64,000 nt of DNA, taken from positions 325,872,001 through 325,936,000 of the forward strand of contig OZ024741.1 in assembly GCA_964016885.1 (NCBI GenBank), given 5' to 3'. The notes under the pieces are model-generated. The model was not told the DNA's origin, searched no databases, and saw nothing but the letters and a program-made list of their open reading frames with translations. The stretch is from Eledone cirrhosa. Lineage: Eukaryota. Numbering within the stretch: the stretch's first letter is position 1; every line of letters starts with the position of its first letter. Made by a program: the position numbers and the translations under genes. Positions 26,995 to 43,742 of the stretch are shown in pieces.

Positions 26995-27114
26995 TGCTCT
27001 GAGGATACGGTAAAAGAAGCAGCATTTGAAAATTGAGTATCTGCAAATAAATAACTACCAATTTGCACATAGCATGACTAGGCTGTATAACTACTGTTGA
27101 AACATTTGTAAGCA
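26995..27114 (+). ncRNA. Type I hammerhead ribozyme in PLE3 pLTR
   Basis: tgct-CTGAGGA-tacggta...tactgtt-GAAA-catttg-TA-agca. Confidence 0.75.
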
Positions 27115-27482
27115 CTCGGAATAAATTACGTTTTTATGATGTCTACCTGTTTTATTATCCATTCTTTATATATGTATAAATTAAAAGTAAATGCACTGTG
27201 TGGTTACTAATAAATTTTATTTAGAAAACATAAGAGAAACACAAATATAAGGGCAAATCTCACTCTTCGGCTGTCTGCTGGATGTTGCTGATGTTTCAAG
27301 GTATTAAAGACAGTACATCTCACCACAGTGCCTTGATAACCAAGAGGAATAGTTATCAGGGAAGAAAGAAATGCAGAGACGATAGCGAAGAGAACGGCAG
27401 AAAAAGAATCTAAACAAAAGAAAAACATACTGATAGAGAGAGGGAAACACGAGACAGTAGTAAATGTAAGTTGCAGTAACCA

Positions 27483-27558
<76 letters not shown>

Positions 27559-27789
27559 CGTTGATAAAGAGGCCGGACGTAAGTCCTGAATCCGTATTAA
27601 CAACATGGAAAGAAGAAACGTCTGATCATAACAAGAACAGTTGCAAAGAGGGAGAGACGAAGGAAAACAGAATCGAGGTGGGGAAGGGGAAGTGGTAAGT
27701 GACTAGAGAGAGAAAGAGGGGGAGAAAGGAGATAGATGGTAAGAGAGAAAGAGAATAAGTGAGTGGGAGAGAGAGAAAGAAAAAGAGAG

Positions 27790-27884
<95 letters not shown>

Positions 27885-28589
27885 TGTGTCTGTGTGTGTG
27901 TGTGTGTGTATGAGTATGTGAGTGTGTATAGATGAGGTGTAGTGGGAGGGCCGTGAAAGAAATGGATACTGACTCTTATTCCAAACAGCTAAGTAAAAGA
28001 AAAAAGGGCGATAACTCATCGAAAAGGTTTTCATTTTATTTTCAAGCTCGAAATATGCAACGCATAAACTGTGGACCAGACCAATATTTTTTGTTCAATA
28101 TCAATTTTGTATATATTTTTATTCTGATGTTTATTTAAATTTTCCTTCATCTTCGCTGTAATAGAAGGCTGGGTTGGCAGTTGTATCTGGATGATACTCG
28201 TATGAGCCATTGATTCTACTTCTTTGCTTGCTTACTTGTACTTTTTTTATGTTATTCATATGTTTATAGGGTTATTCATATATTTATGTTTATATTCATA
28301 TATTTATATGGTTAAAAGTGTTTTTATATGTATCCATTTTTTAGAGATTTATTTATGTTTATTTATATATTTGTTTATATATACGCATATATGTTTATAT
28401 GTTCGTATGCGTGTTCATGCATTTTTTTATATGTTTTATTAAATGTATGTTTATATGTTGGAACATATTTATATTATTTGATTAAATATGTTTATATTAA
28501 TTCTCATACGTTGTATTAATTGTATTTCTTTATTTCCCCCCAGACAACAGCTCCTTCCCGAGGAAACATTAAGTATGGCGAAGAACTAT

Positions 28590-28683
<94 letters not shown>

Positions 28684-29567
28684 TGTGGCGTGAATAGAGT
28701 GTTGTACATTATAGCATTATATACATCTTGAAAATAAATATAGATGCTGTCTAACAAAACAACTTAAAGAAAGCGTTATAAAACAAAAACGACAACAAAC
28801 ACTATACAAAACAGTAAAATAAAATAAAATACTAAAATACGGAGCAAGATGAAATAATGATGATACATGTAACAAAAGTAATCCCAGTCTTTGAAAAAAC
28901 AACAACAACAAAAACAAAAACAAATAAAAAACGAGAAACAACAACAAAAGCAAACCAAAACAAAAACGGAAAACAACTCATTTCATGTCTTAAGAAACAA
29001 TAAAAACATAGAAAAAATAATAATTCAAAAAGCAAGAAAAAGTAAAAGATTATTATACATTATATAGTAATAATTATTATAGATCATGTAATAAAAGTCC
29101 CCCCTCCACCACCACACCACCAACACCACCACTCAACCCCATTTGAAAAAAAAGAAAGAAAACAGCAACAATAGTATAACTCATTTCACATTTCTCATCT
29201 AAAAAGGGCAGCTTCAGAATGAATGCTAAAAAACGTGGAATAGAACGAAGAACATTCCATTAGCTGACATTGGTAACTATGAATGAAATTGTAATGAATG
29301 CAACTTATGCAGGTGCATCATGTATGAAGAATATCTGAATACAGAATGAAAAGATATTTTGGTTAATTCAATATTAGCAAGCAAACAGTTAATATAATTC
29401 AATTACGGATAGAATTGTTCATAAGAGTATCACATATTTTTCTCTCTCTTAAATTCTGTTTTGAGGTAGAAGCATGAATCCTTCTACACGAAAATAAAAA
29501 GGAATAGAAAGATATAAAAAAGAAAAAATGAGCGACAAAAATAGCAAGATAATATATATATATATAG

Positions 29568-30000
29568 TACATTATGAAGAGAGAAGAAAGGTTAGATATA
29601 ATTAGTAATAAGATATATTATACCTAGCTGGGTCTTCAGTCCCCGTCTACGTAGTTTCGTGGCATATTATGCAAAAACACTAGATCATAGAGATATAGAG
29701 TCTTTGTGAGGTTCTGCTGACTTATCAAGGGGGTACCTCATTAAGGATTTCAAAACACGTCTGCAATGCGCGAGATAAAATCTCGAAAAGGCGGAGGGGG
29801 AGTCAATCACGTGATACAGCGGTCAAGAAACAGAGCTAAGCCCCTTATAACCCTGAAAAAACTACCACGGAGGCGGAGGGGTATTTATATCAAAGCCGTA
29901 GAAGAGGTGGTTTGAGGAGGCGAGAAGTATGAGTAATGGTAGCTATCCAGCAGTCACTACACTTCAAAGGTTACTCGACCAAAGGGAGTTATAAACAATA
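29568..30000 (-). mobile_element. Unclassified TA-inserted repeat, homologous to 47008-47342
   Basis: Both start acattatgaagagagaagaaa after (TA)n and share ctacgtagtttcgtggcata and two ggcggagggg motifs. Confidence 0.7.
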
Positions 30001-30133
30001 TATAGAGAGAAACACACAGATACATGCGGACACATACATATACATGAATATATCCACACATATATCCACTAAGACAGGGATATGTGTGGATATATTCATG
30101 TATATGTATGTGTCCGCATGTATCTGTGTTTCT

Positions 30134-30180
<47 letters not shown>

Positions 30181-30186
<6 letters not shown>

Positions 30187-30550
30187 ATATTAATAAAATA
30201 AATGGAAACTATATTTATAAAACCATATTTATTTTATTATATATATTTTAAGGGCAACCAAGGCAAATTATGGTGCGCTTTCATCAGATAAAATACAGAT
30301 ATGTTTTATAAATAAATATTGACATACCCGGAAAAAAGACAACCTTAACGGTTGGAGCTTCCTGGGTAGTCCAAGAAGCTCCAACCATTAAGGTTGTCTT
30401 TTTTTCCGGGTATGTCAATATTTATTTATAAAACAAATCTGTATTTTATCTGACGAAAGCGCACCATAATTTGCCTTGGTTGCCCTTGAAATATATATAA
30501 TAAAATAAATATGGTTTTATAAATATAGTTTCCATTTATTAATATATTGT
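30181..30550. repeat. Near-perfect 370-bp palindrome of a pLTR-like fragment
   Basis: Arms 30181-30361 / 30375-30550. Confidence 0.9.
30442..30507 (+). ncRNA. Type I hammerhead ribozyme
   Basis: tattttat-CTGACGA-aag...ctt-GAAA-tatata-TA-ataaaata. The opposite arm has CTGATGA but GAAA changed to AAAA. Confidence 0.75.
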
Positions 30551-30638
30551 GTATTTACTCCACTAATCTGTCGAGTGCTTTATATCAGTTATAAAAATGT
30601 TTAAGCTTGTTGAATCCAAACAAATTAAATATAACCTC

Positions 30639-31424
<786 letters not shown>

Positions 31425-31578
31425 TTATATATATATACATACACATGTATCTGTGTGTGTATGAATAAATGTGAATATAATTATTATAAATATATACAAT
31501 TATTATATGCAATTATATATATATAAATATATATATATATATAATATAAGATCAAAATATGGTTAAAAGAGTTCCAAG

Positions 31579-31649
31579 TATTTTATTATGCGCATTTCAA
31601 AAACAAATATCATCATGGGATGATATCTACGTTCTCATCAGATAAAATA
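31579..31649 (-). ncRNA. Type I hammerhead ribozyme
   Basis: Minus strand tattttat-CTGATGA-gaac...gttttt-GAAA-tgcgca-TA-ataaaata. Confidence 0.8.
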
Positions 31650-31814
31650 GGGAGACATGATATGAAGCTTAAAAAACACTTGTGAGCAGTGAAGTTTTAA
31701 ATCAACATATGAAAAATAAATTAAGATGGATGTATGAGATTGGGAAAAAGTGCATATATATATATATTTGCATATAATAATTATATTCACATTTATTCAT
31801 ACACACACAGATAC

Positions 31815-31867
<53 letters not shown>

Positions 31868-32143
31868 CTTATTTACGTGTCCCAACGACTTTCTTTAGCC
31901 GTTGCTCGCACCAACCGGCGGTATATGGTCTTTAAAGCGATGAAATACCAATGAAGGTTGGAAGATCACTGATGAAGGTCTAAATTTATTCATATGTAAC
32001 CCATTTGGAACCACGCAGCAATAAAATACTTGTAACTCTTTTAACCATCTTTTGATCTTATATTATTTATACTCTACTCCTACAAACTGTAGAGTGCTAC
32101 TTATACGATATTTGCATTGCTTTATTGTGCTACAATAAAACTC

Positions 32144-32179
<36 letters not shown>

Positions 32180-32191
32180 TTAATATAGATG

Positions 32192-32242
32192 AGATTCTAC
32201 AGGACTAGAACTGTTTCATTCATTAGAAATCATCAGGAATTT
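32192..32242 (-). ncRNA. Hammerhead ribozyme (left arm of outer fold-back)
   Basis: Reverse complement of 48088-48138. Confidence 0.75.
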
Positions 32243-32970
32243 GGGTATCAAAAAATAAATATGGTATTTATAGGTCTCTACAAGTGGTAGGAGAGGGTGG
32301 GGTGTGGGATGGGTGCAGGTCATTGGTTGATAGAAAAGGGAATTCATTAAAAGCTAATTCTACAAAGCTATAGTTAATTTATATTTATTTATGTTTTTAG
32401 AGTAACAAAGGCAGACAGAATTCTATAAACAGGTTCCGGATGGCATACCATTCCTTGTCAATAAGTTTCTCTTAAGCTAGCAGATGTCTATAAAATCAGT
32501 GGGGGGTCATTCATGCTCGATAGAATTAAAGAGAAGGGAGATTCTTTAAAAGCTAAAGTCATTAAGGTTCTACTAAGTGACAAAGGTCTAGGGAATTCTG
32601 CAGACAGATTCAAAATACTGAGTGCATATCTTACTATTATCTTCGAACTTCTCTTAAACTAATCAACAATATGCCAAATCAACAGACACATTCACAAAAA
32701 AACAAAAAAACCCCAAAAAACAAAAAAACAGATAAACAAAAAAAACCACACCTAAAAAACAAAAAAACACACATACTCACTCACACATTTACGCGCAACC
32801 ATAAACACACACACAAACACATATACACACATAAAAACACACACACATATATAAAAAATATATAAATATATACAAATATATATTCATGTACACACACATA
32901 CATACACACATACATACATACATACATACATAAATAAAATACATATACACATATACATACGCACACATAT

Positions 32971-33088
<118 letters not shown>

Positions 33089-33154
33089 ACACACACACAC
33101 ATACATACATATATATATACATACATATATATATACATACATATATATATACAA

Positions 33155-33223
<69 letters not shown>

Positions 33224-33306
33224 GATACACACACACATACACACACATATATATATATATGTATATATATACACATACATATACACACATACATACACAC
33301 ATATAT

Positions 33307-33381
<75 letters not shown>

Positions 33382-33436
33382 TACATACATACATACACAC
33401 ATATATATATATATATCTCTATACACACACATACAG

Positions 33437-33497
<61 letters not shown>

Positions 33498-33601
33498 TGT
33501 CTATACATACACAAACATACACATGCATACACAGACCTATACATAAATATACACATATATATACAGACATATAACGCACATATACACACACATATATACA
33601 T

Positions 33602-33652
<51 letters not shown>

Positions 33653-33653
33653 T

Positions 33654-33686
<33 letters not shown>

Positions 33687-33763
33687 CACACACACACGCG
33701 CATACACACATACACACACCCACACACAAAATATATATACACACACACACTCTCTCTCTCATG

Positions 33764-33821
<58 letters not shown>

Positions 33822-33898
33822 CATACATATACATACACATATATATATATGTATATATACACACACACATACAAATACATACATACATACACATACAC

Positions 33899-33929
<31 letters not shown>

Positions 33930-34227
33930 TATATATACATATATATATACACATATGCATATACATATACATATACAAATACATACACATACATACATAC
34001 ACATACACACATACATGTACATATACACTCATAAATACACACACATACACACATATATACATATACATACACACAAACACATACATATACACATATATAT
34101 ATATATATATATACACGCACACATATACACACATACACGCACAACACACATATATATATATACATATATATATATACATATATATATATATACATAAATA
34201 TATACACACACATATACAAACATACAT

Positions 34228-34282
<55 letters not shown>

Positions 34283-34301
34283 CATATACATACACATATA
34301 C

Positions 34302-34332
<31 letters not shown>

Positions 34333-34458
34333 TACATATACATATATACACACATACATACATACATACATACATATACACAAACACATACAAACATATA
34401 CCTACAAAAATATACACACATAAAACACGTATTCACACAAACATATATACATACACAC

Positions 34459-34517
<59 letters not shown>

Positions 34518-34702
34518 GATAAATCTACCAAGAATTTACGGTAGTGTCCAATCCGTATGAAGAACTCAATGTATTCCGGATATCATGGAAAGAAGAGATG
34601 TAATGAAAAATCACTTTCGGTGAAAGATAAACGGTATACAGAGTCAAGATAAAATATTAAACAAATAATGAATAAACAATTCCTTATATTAAACAAAAAA
34701 AG

Positions 34703-34856
34703 TTCATTATTTAACGATCGTTTCTAGGATATATATGTGTTAGAATTGGCATGCATATTCAACAGATCTATGTACAAAATTATACAAAATTATACAAACT
34801 ATCAAGATCAAATATACATACCAACACATATATACGCCGTCTTCAGAAATAATGAA
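34703..34856 (-). ncRNA. Hammerhead ribozyme (inverted pLTR of PLE4)
   Basis: Same fold as 23910-24064. Confidence 0.8.
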
Positions 34857-35747
34857 GTATATTTATTGATAATAACAACAATTCAAAATTTCAGGTCCGT
34901 TTGGGAACAAAAATTGACCAATGAAAACACAAAGGGTTAAATGCAGTTCGGTGTGTGTATATATACATGTAAAACCCTTACACATATTTTACAAAAATGT
35001 ATGTATAATTTGTATACGCATACTAAAAGGATGGATGCAAATACAAAATTTCAAGGTTAATGTCTCTGTAAGTTTATAATGCACAGATAAGATACGTATT
35101 GACACAAGTATGAAATTAAGTATATAAATATATTTTTTCATACTCACACATATCCGTACAATCACACATACACGCGCGTATATGCATAAATATACACATA
35201 ACCACGAACATACAAACACACACACACCCCCACTCACATTTATATATGTGGATATAAAATCATAAGCACATGGATATTAATTCACTCACATAAACACTGG
35301 CACACACATTTTTAGATCAAGATACAGAAATTAGGTGGGAGGGGGGGGAGAGGTCAGTATTCAACGGTCTGAGCAGACTGCCTAATATAGATGTATCTAT
35401 AAACTAAGAAAATAAAAAATAATAAATAAACATTAAAGAGGAAAGAATAGAAAGAAAAAAGAAAAAAGAAAAAAGAAAAAAGAAATATATCAAGAAAATA
35501 TATATATATATATATATATACATACATATACACATACATATATATATATATATATACACACACATATATATATATATAATATACATATATATACACATAG
35601 ACACACACACACACATACATAAATATACACACATATACAAACACATACATACATATACACACATCCACACTAAGAACATACATACACACACATATATAAA
35701 CATATACATATACACACATACATACACATACACATATACATACAAAT

Positions 35748-35800
<53 letters not shown>

Positions 35801-36116
35801 TATGTATATACACGTACATATACACACACATATACATATAATCACACATACTATATAGACACACATATATATAACCACACACATACATGCACATATACAA
35901 CACTTAGATACTAATATACATACAGATATACACATACATAGCTATATATACACACAAATATATACAGACTTACATATATACATACAGACAAATACTTACG
36001 CATCTATATATCGGTATATACATACAAACACCACTACACTATTACACAACTTAGACATACAAAGAGAAAGGTATATACCTATACACACATACATATACAA
36101 ATAGAAAAACATATAG

Positions 36117-36147
<31 letters not shown>

Positions 36148-36177
36148 TATATATACATACATATATATATATATAAC

Positions 36178-36208
<31 letters not shown>

Positions 36209-36456
36209 CATATACACATACACACACATACACATACACACACATACATACATGTACACACACATAGAAATATATACGCATACACACATACACACATACA
36301 TATAAAGTCATACACACACATACACCTACACGAACATACACATACACATATATAAAGATATATATACACACACACACACACACCACGCATACACACATAC
36401 ACATATATATAAAAAAAATAAATAATAAAGATATATACATATATATATATATACAC

Positions 36457-36487
<31 letters not shown>

Positions 36488-36840
36488 CACATACATATAC
36501 ATATACATACACATACATACACACATACATAGACATACATGTACATGCATACACGTACATCGATATACATACATACATATATACACACATAGACATATAC
36601 ATACATACACACACAACTTACATACACACATATATATACATGTATATTCATACATAGAATTAGATATATAATCATACATACATATGCACTTACTTATATT
36701 CATATATACAAATACATACGCATCCATATATGCGTATATACATAAAAACACCACTACAACCTCACCTAACTCAGACATACAAATAAAAATAAAAAGGCAT
36801 ATGTATATACATATATACACGCATTAATAGAGATATATAT

Positions 36841-36891
<51 letters not shown>

Positions 36892-37144
36892 AACACACAT
36901 ACATTCATATATATATATATATATAGAGATACCCACACACACATACCACCATAAATACACATCCAAACACCCACATATACATATATATACACACGCATAT
37001 ATATATATATATATATACACACACATAAAAAACAGACATGCAAATATATATATATTTTTTTACACTTATATATACACATATTATATACACATACACAACC
37101 TCACATATACACACATACACATAAGTTATATTATAATAATAAAA

Positions 37145-37183
<39 letters not shown>

Positions 37184-37271
37184 CATACATATATATATAT
37201 ATATATACATATAAACATATACATACATATATACACACATACGAATATAGACATATATTCACACATAGACA

Positions 37272-37313
<42 letters not shown>

Positions 37314-37579
37314 TACATATACACAGACACATATACACACTCACATATATATGTGTGTGCATACACACATATATACACACATACACACATATACACATAA
37401 ACACATATATGTGCATACATGCACACACACACACATATATCCACATAGATACGAAGATAGACATATAAATAGAGAGACATACATATATATACAACACACA
37501 TACACACACATACATACACACACATATACATATACATATATATACATATATATATATTTCTATATATACATATATACAC

Positions 37580-37614
<35 letters not shown>

Positions 37615-38328
37615 CATACACATACACATACACACATTCACATACACATACATATATACATGCATATACACACATATATACATACATACACACACTCATA
37701 TATACACACACAATCTTACATTCATATTTGCATGCGCATATATGTATTTTTATATTCAGATATAAATACCCAAACCTATATAGACACCTACCTACATATA
37801 TATTCATACATACACGCTTACAAATACAGATGATAATAGTATGGGGGAAAGGGGGGGTTTGGAGAAGGGGATCATAGTAAATATATGTTTCAAGAAACAT
37901 AGAATATTTTCCATATCTTAATCCAATGTATGTTTTTACATAGTTTCAGTGTTAGGAAATACAATAAACAAGAACTAAGGCAACATCTATGCATCTCAAA
38001 ATAAACAAGTATACCATTAATCATATGTTAACTAAACCAAAGATAGTTAACATATTGATTTCTAAGGTGTAAATTAGTTAGGTTTATAATATTTGAAGCA
38101 GAATTTTGAAGTTAAATAGTAGTAGAGTATTAATTATAGTATAACTAAATTAAAGTTAATAACGTTATGGTATCAATATTAGGAAATGAATTTAGTAATA
38201 GGGAAAAAACAAATAAAATAAAGTATTACATCGGTAGTAGAATATAAATTGTAGGTTAACTAAATTAAAAATTATATATTTATTTCTATAGTATATGTTA
38301 ATTAGGTATATAATACATAAAACAGATA

Positions 38329-40523
38329 TTGTATTTTAAAAAGTATAAATCCGTCTTTCAAAAGGACCTTGATTCTACCCTATTGGACCTAAAAAAGTCT
38401 AGAAAAATCCATGTCCACTCGGACAAAACTGGTAACTTGTATCATATGGATATTGAACATTATAACGAGTTCATATATAAAGAACTCAGAAAAAATTATA
38501 AAAAATCTAATAATGTGTCACTCACCAACATCAACAACAAAACACACAACATAGTAAAAAAACTAAACATTGAAGATAGAACTGAACCTTTGGCATTGAA
38601 AAGACCACACTTCAACCTGAAGGATCACAAATCTAACTTTAACTCAAATCCTTCTATTAGACTTATATGTCCCTCCAAATCAGATATTGGAATAATTAGC
38701 AAAAAAATTTTAGATAGAGTCATCCCACAAATAAGAAAACACGTTATTTTACCACTCTGGGAAAACACCTCCCAGGTAATTAACTGGTTTAAAAATATTA
38801 GGTGTAAATCTTCTGCTTCATTCCTACAATTTGATATAGATAATTACTATTCTTCTATATCACCTATACTCCTGAACAAAGCATTGATATTTGCTAAAAA
38901 TAGATCTAACTTAACTTTGGATGACATTAATATTATTACACATGCTAGACTAACACTTATTGAATTTCAGAATGAATACTGGACCAGAAACACATATAGT
39001 AATCTTTTTGATATTACTATGGGTTCAAGCGATTCCGCCCAAATTACTGATCTTGTGGGCCTCTTTCTCCTTTTCAACATAAATGCCTCTTTTCCCCACC
39101 TCAAAGGTGGTTTATATCGTGATGACTGTCTTCTTCTTTCTAACAACCTTAGCCTTTCAGAAATTGAAAAAAAACAAAAAAACATATTAGAACTTTCCTT
39201 AAAGACTATTATAATCTTAATATTACTTTTGAAAAAACAAGTAAAGTAGTAAATTTCCTAGATATAACTTTAGATTTAGCTACGGGTATCTACCAACCTT
39301 ACCATAAACCTAACCAAAACTTACATTACATACACTCACAATCTAATCACCCTAAATCTATCCTTAAAAACCTTGCATATAATATATCACTTAGAATTTC
39401 TAACCTTTCTTCTAACCAAGATGTATTTGATAAAAATGCGACCTTCTATAACGAAGCTCTAGATAGAAGTGGCCACAAAAATAGATTAGAGTATATACCT
39501 TCTACTAAAAATACTGAAAGCATACAACATAATATTACCAACAAACACCAAATGAAAAGTACACACCTAAATGCCACCCACACTATACCCCAAAATACCA
39601 AATCTTCTAATATAAAGTATAGTAACTCTCAAAAAACTACTCATCATACAACTCTAATAAATATTAATAATAAAACTCCTAATAAAAAGGATAAAACACC
39701 TAAATCTACAAATATAACTAAAAATAGTTGTGGTGAGATCATTAACATTAATCCTCCTAGTAAAAATCACGATACAACCTATAAAAATAATAAAAATAAT
39801 AAACAACATAGAAACCGTAATAGACGGGTTACTTGGTATAATGCTCCTTTTAATTTACAAGTTAAGGATAATATTGCTAAAAAATTTTTTTATATCCTTG
39901 AGAAAAACTTCCCGCCAAACCACAAATACCATCAAATCTTAAATAGGTCTACAGTTAAATTCTCATACTCTACAACAAATAACATAAAACAAAATATAAG
40001 TGCCTATAATGCATATAAATGTAAGAAAACCATAATTATACCACCAGTACATCAAATTAACCATAATATCTCCTCAAATACAGAATTAACGAAAGGATGT
40101 AACTGTAGAAACAAAGCAAACTGCCCATTAAAAGGGAATTGTCTTGTTAACAACATAGTCTATAAATGTAATGTTAAAACTAAAGATTCTATTTGCTCAT
40201 ATATAGGAGCTACCTCTAACAATTTTAAGACAAGGTTTAATACCCACAAGCATAGTTTTAAAAATGCCGCACTGGCTAATACAACATCTCTAGCAGAAAA
40301 AATCAATAGTTATAAAAATAAGAATATAGAATATGATTTGACCTGGAGTGTGCTCAAAAGAGCCACCCCTTATCAAAATAATAGAAATGAATGTAGATTA
40401 TGTTCCCAAGAACTATTTGAAATAATGAAGTCTAAGGATATCTTATTAAATAAACGACAGGAATTAATTATATCGTGTAATCATAAACTAAAAAAAACAT
40501 TTAAATATTATAAACCTAATTAA
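38329..40523 (+). pseudogene. PLE RT + GIY-YIG ORF, 5'-truncated, frameshifted near 39170-39182
   Basis: SDKTGN, KDHK, IRLICP, FDIDNYY and YRDD motifs. Two poly-A runs are each one A longer than in PLE2. Confidence 0.92.
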
Positions 40524-41875
40524 TAACATTATTTTAGAAATTAATTTAATTTAAATGTTAGTTAACCTATAAATTTAATTTAATTAAAATTTTATTACAG
40601 ATGAGAATATAAAATATTATGTAATCATAAATTGTGAAAAACCTTTAAATATTACTAATATATACTTAGTAATTTAATTTATAGATTAATTTTAATTTAT
40701 TTAAACCTTTTATTATAATTCTTTTACAGATAAAATATAACAAAATAATATCGTGTATCCAATGACAGAGAAATAATTTTTAGTATTATAGACCTAATTA
40801 ATATACTTTTTAGAAATATATTTATAATTTGGTTTTAATTTTAATCAACCTAAAAATTTAATTTTAATTTGCTTAAAATTAGTATCCTTATACAGACGAA
40901 TTGCAGAATGTCATGTAATCATAGAATGGGATGTGTTTTGGATATATACTTAGTTAATATATTCTATGCAATTTTTTGAAAAAAATATGTATATGTATAT
41001 GTGTATGTGTATGTGTGTGTGTATGTATATGTGTATATATGTATATATATATATATGTGTATGTATATGTATATATGTATGTGTATGTATATGTATAAGT
41101 ATGTGTATTAATTTTGATTTCTATTTGCATATAATTATATTATGCTATTGATAAAATACAATATCTGTTTTATGTATTATATACCTAATTAACATATACT
41201 ATAGAAATAAATATATAATTTTTAATTTAGTTAACCTACAATTTATATTCTACTACCGATGTAATACTTTATTTTATTTGTTTTTTCCCTATTACTAAAT
41301 TCATTTCCTAATATTGATACCATAACGTTATTAACTTTAATTTAGTTATACTATAATTAATACTCTACTACTATTTAACTTCAAAATTCTGCTTCAAATA
41401 TTATAAACCTAACTAATTTACACCTTAGAAATCAATATGTTAACTATCTTTGGTTTAGTTAACATATGATTAATGGTATACTTGTTTATTTTGAGATGCA
41501 TAGATTTTGCCTTAGTTCTTGTTTATTGTATTTCCTAACACTGAAACTATGTAAAAACATACATTGGATTAAGATATGGAAAATATTCTATGTTTCTTGA
41601 AACATATATTTACTATGATCCCCTTCTCCAAACCCCCCCTTTCCCCCATACTATTATCATCTGTATTTGTAAGCGTGTATGTATGAATATATATGTAGGT
41701 AGGTGTCTATATAGGTTTGGGTATTTATATCTGAATATAAAAATACATATATGCGCATGCAAATATGAATGTAAGATTGTGTGTGTATATATGAGTGTGT
41801 GTATGTATGTATATATGTGTGTATATGCATGTATATATGTATGTGTATGTGAATGTGTGTATGTGTATGTGTATG

Positions 41876-41910
<35 letters not shown>

Positions 41911-42176
41911 GTGTATATATGTATATATAGAAATATATATATATGTATATATATGTATATGTATATGTGTGTGTATGTATGTGTGTGTATGTGTGTTGTA
42001 TATATATGTATGTCTCTCTATTTATATGTCTATCTTCGTATCTATGTGGATATATGTGTGTGTGTGTGCATGTATGCACATATATGTGTTTATGTGTATA
42101 TGTGTGTATGTGTGTATATATGTGTGTATGCACACACATATATATGTGAGTGTGTATATGTGTCTGTGTATATGTA

Positions 42177-42218
<42 letters not shown>

Positions 42219-42306
42219 TGTCTATGTGTGAATATATGTCTATATTCGTATGTGTGTATATATGTATGTATATGTTTATATGTATATATATATATATATA
42301 TGTATG

Positions 42307-42345
<39 letters not shown>

Positions 42346-42598
42346 TTTTATTATTATAATATAACTTATGTGTATGTGTGTATATGTGAGGTTGTGTATG
42401 TGTATATAATATGTGTATATATAAGTGTAAAAAAATATATATATATTTGCATGTCTGTTTTTTATGTGTGTGTATATATATATATATATATATGCGTGTG
42501 TATATATATGTATATGTGGGTGTTTGGATGTGTATTTATGGTGGTATGTGTGTGTGGGTATCTATATATATATATATATATATGAATGTATGTGTGTT

Positions 42599-42649
<51 letters not shown>

Positions 42650-43002
42650 ATATATATCTCTATTAATGCGTGTATATATGTATATACATATGCCTTTTTA
42701 TTTTTATTTGTATGTCTGAGTTAGGTGAGGTTGTAGTGGTGTTTTTATGTATATACGCATATATGGATGCGTATGTATTTGTATATATGAATATAAGTAA
42801 GTGCATATGTATGTATGATTATATATCTAATTCTATGTATGAATATACATGTATATATATGTGTGTATGTAAGTTGTGTGTGTATGTATGTATATGTCTA
42901 TGTGTGTATATATGTATGTATGTATATCGATGTACGTGTATGCATGTACATGTATGTCTATGTATGTGTGTATGTATGTGTATGTATATGTATATGTATG
43001 TG

Positions 43003-43033
<31 letters not shown>

Positions 43034-43281
43034 GTGTATATATATATATATGTATATATCTTTATTATTTATTTTTTTTATATATATGTGTATGTGTGTA
43101 TGCGTGGTGTGTGTGTGTGTGTGTATATATATCTTTATATATGTGTATGTGTATGTTCGTGTAGGTGTATGTGTGTGTATGACTTTATATGTATGTGTGT
43201 ATGTGTGTATGCGTATATATTTCTATGTGTGTGTACATGTATGTATGTGTGTGTATGTGTATGTGTGTGTATGTGTATATG

Positions 43282-43319
<38 letters not shown>

Positions 43320-43691
43320 ATATATATATATATGTATGTATATATATGTGTGTGTGTATATATATATATATATATCTATATGTTTTTCTATTTGTATATG
43401 TATGTGTGTATAGGTATATACCTTTCTCTTTGTATGTCTAAGTTGTGTAATAGTGTAGTGGTGTTTGTATGTATATACCGATATATAGATGCGTAAGTAT
43501 TTGTCTGTATGTATATATGTAAGTCTGTATATATTTGTGTGTATATATAGCTATGTATGTGTATATCTGTATGTATATTAGTATCTAAGTGTTGTATATG
43601 TGCATGTATGTGTGTGGTTATATATATGTGTGTCTATATAGTATGTGTGATTATATGTATATGTGTGTGTATATGTACGTGTATATACATA

Positions 43692-43742
<51 letters not shown>

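Larger units (their letters stand above)
24700..27170 (+). mobile_element. Penelope-like element 3, degraded, inverted pLTRs ~24867-25357 / 26624-27156
   Basis: Remnants WYNP, NCNCHLPERCPLKNKC and IVYQC...YTGST...RWYHH. The inverted repeats include a (GA)n tract. Confidence 0.9.

Noticed and set aside
29200-29360. Possible minus-strand exon after a ttcag acceptor
   Set aside because: Stop codons in all three frames within ~60 nt.
39165-39185. Programmed frameshift in PLE4
   Set aside because: PLE2 is in frame here. The extra A's in homopolymers are slippage or sequencing error.
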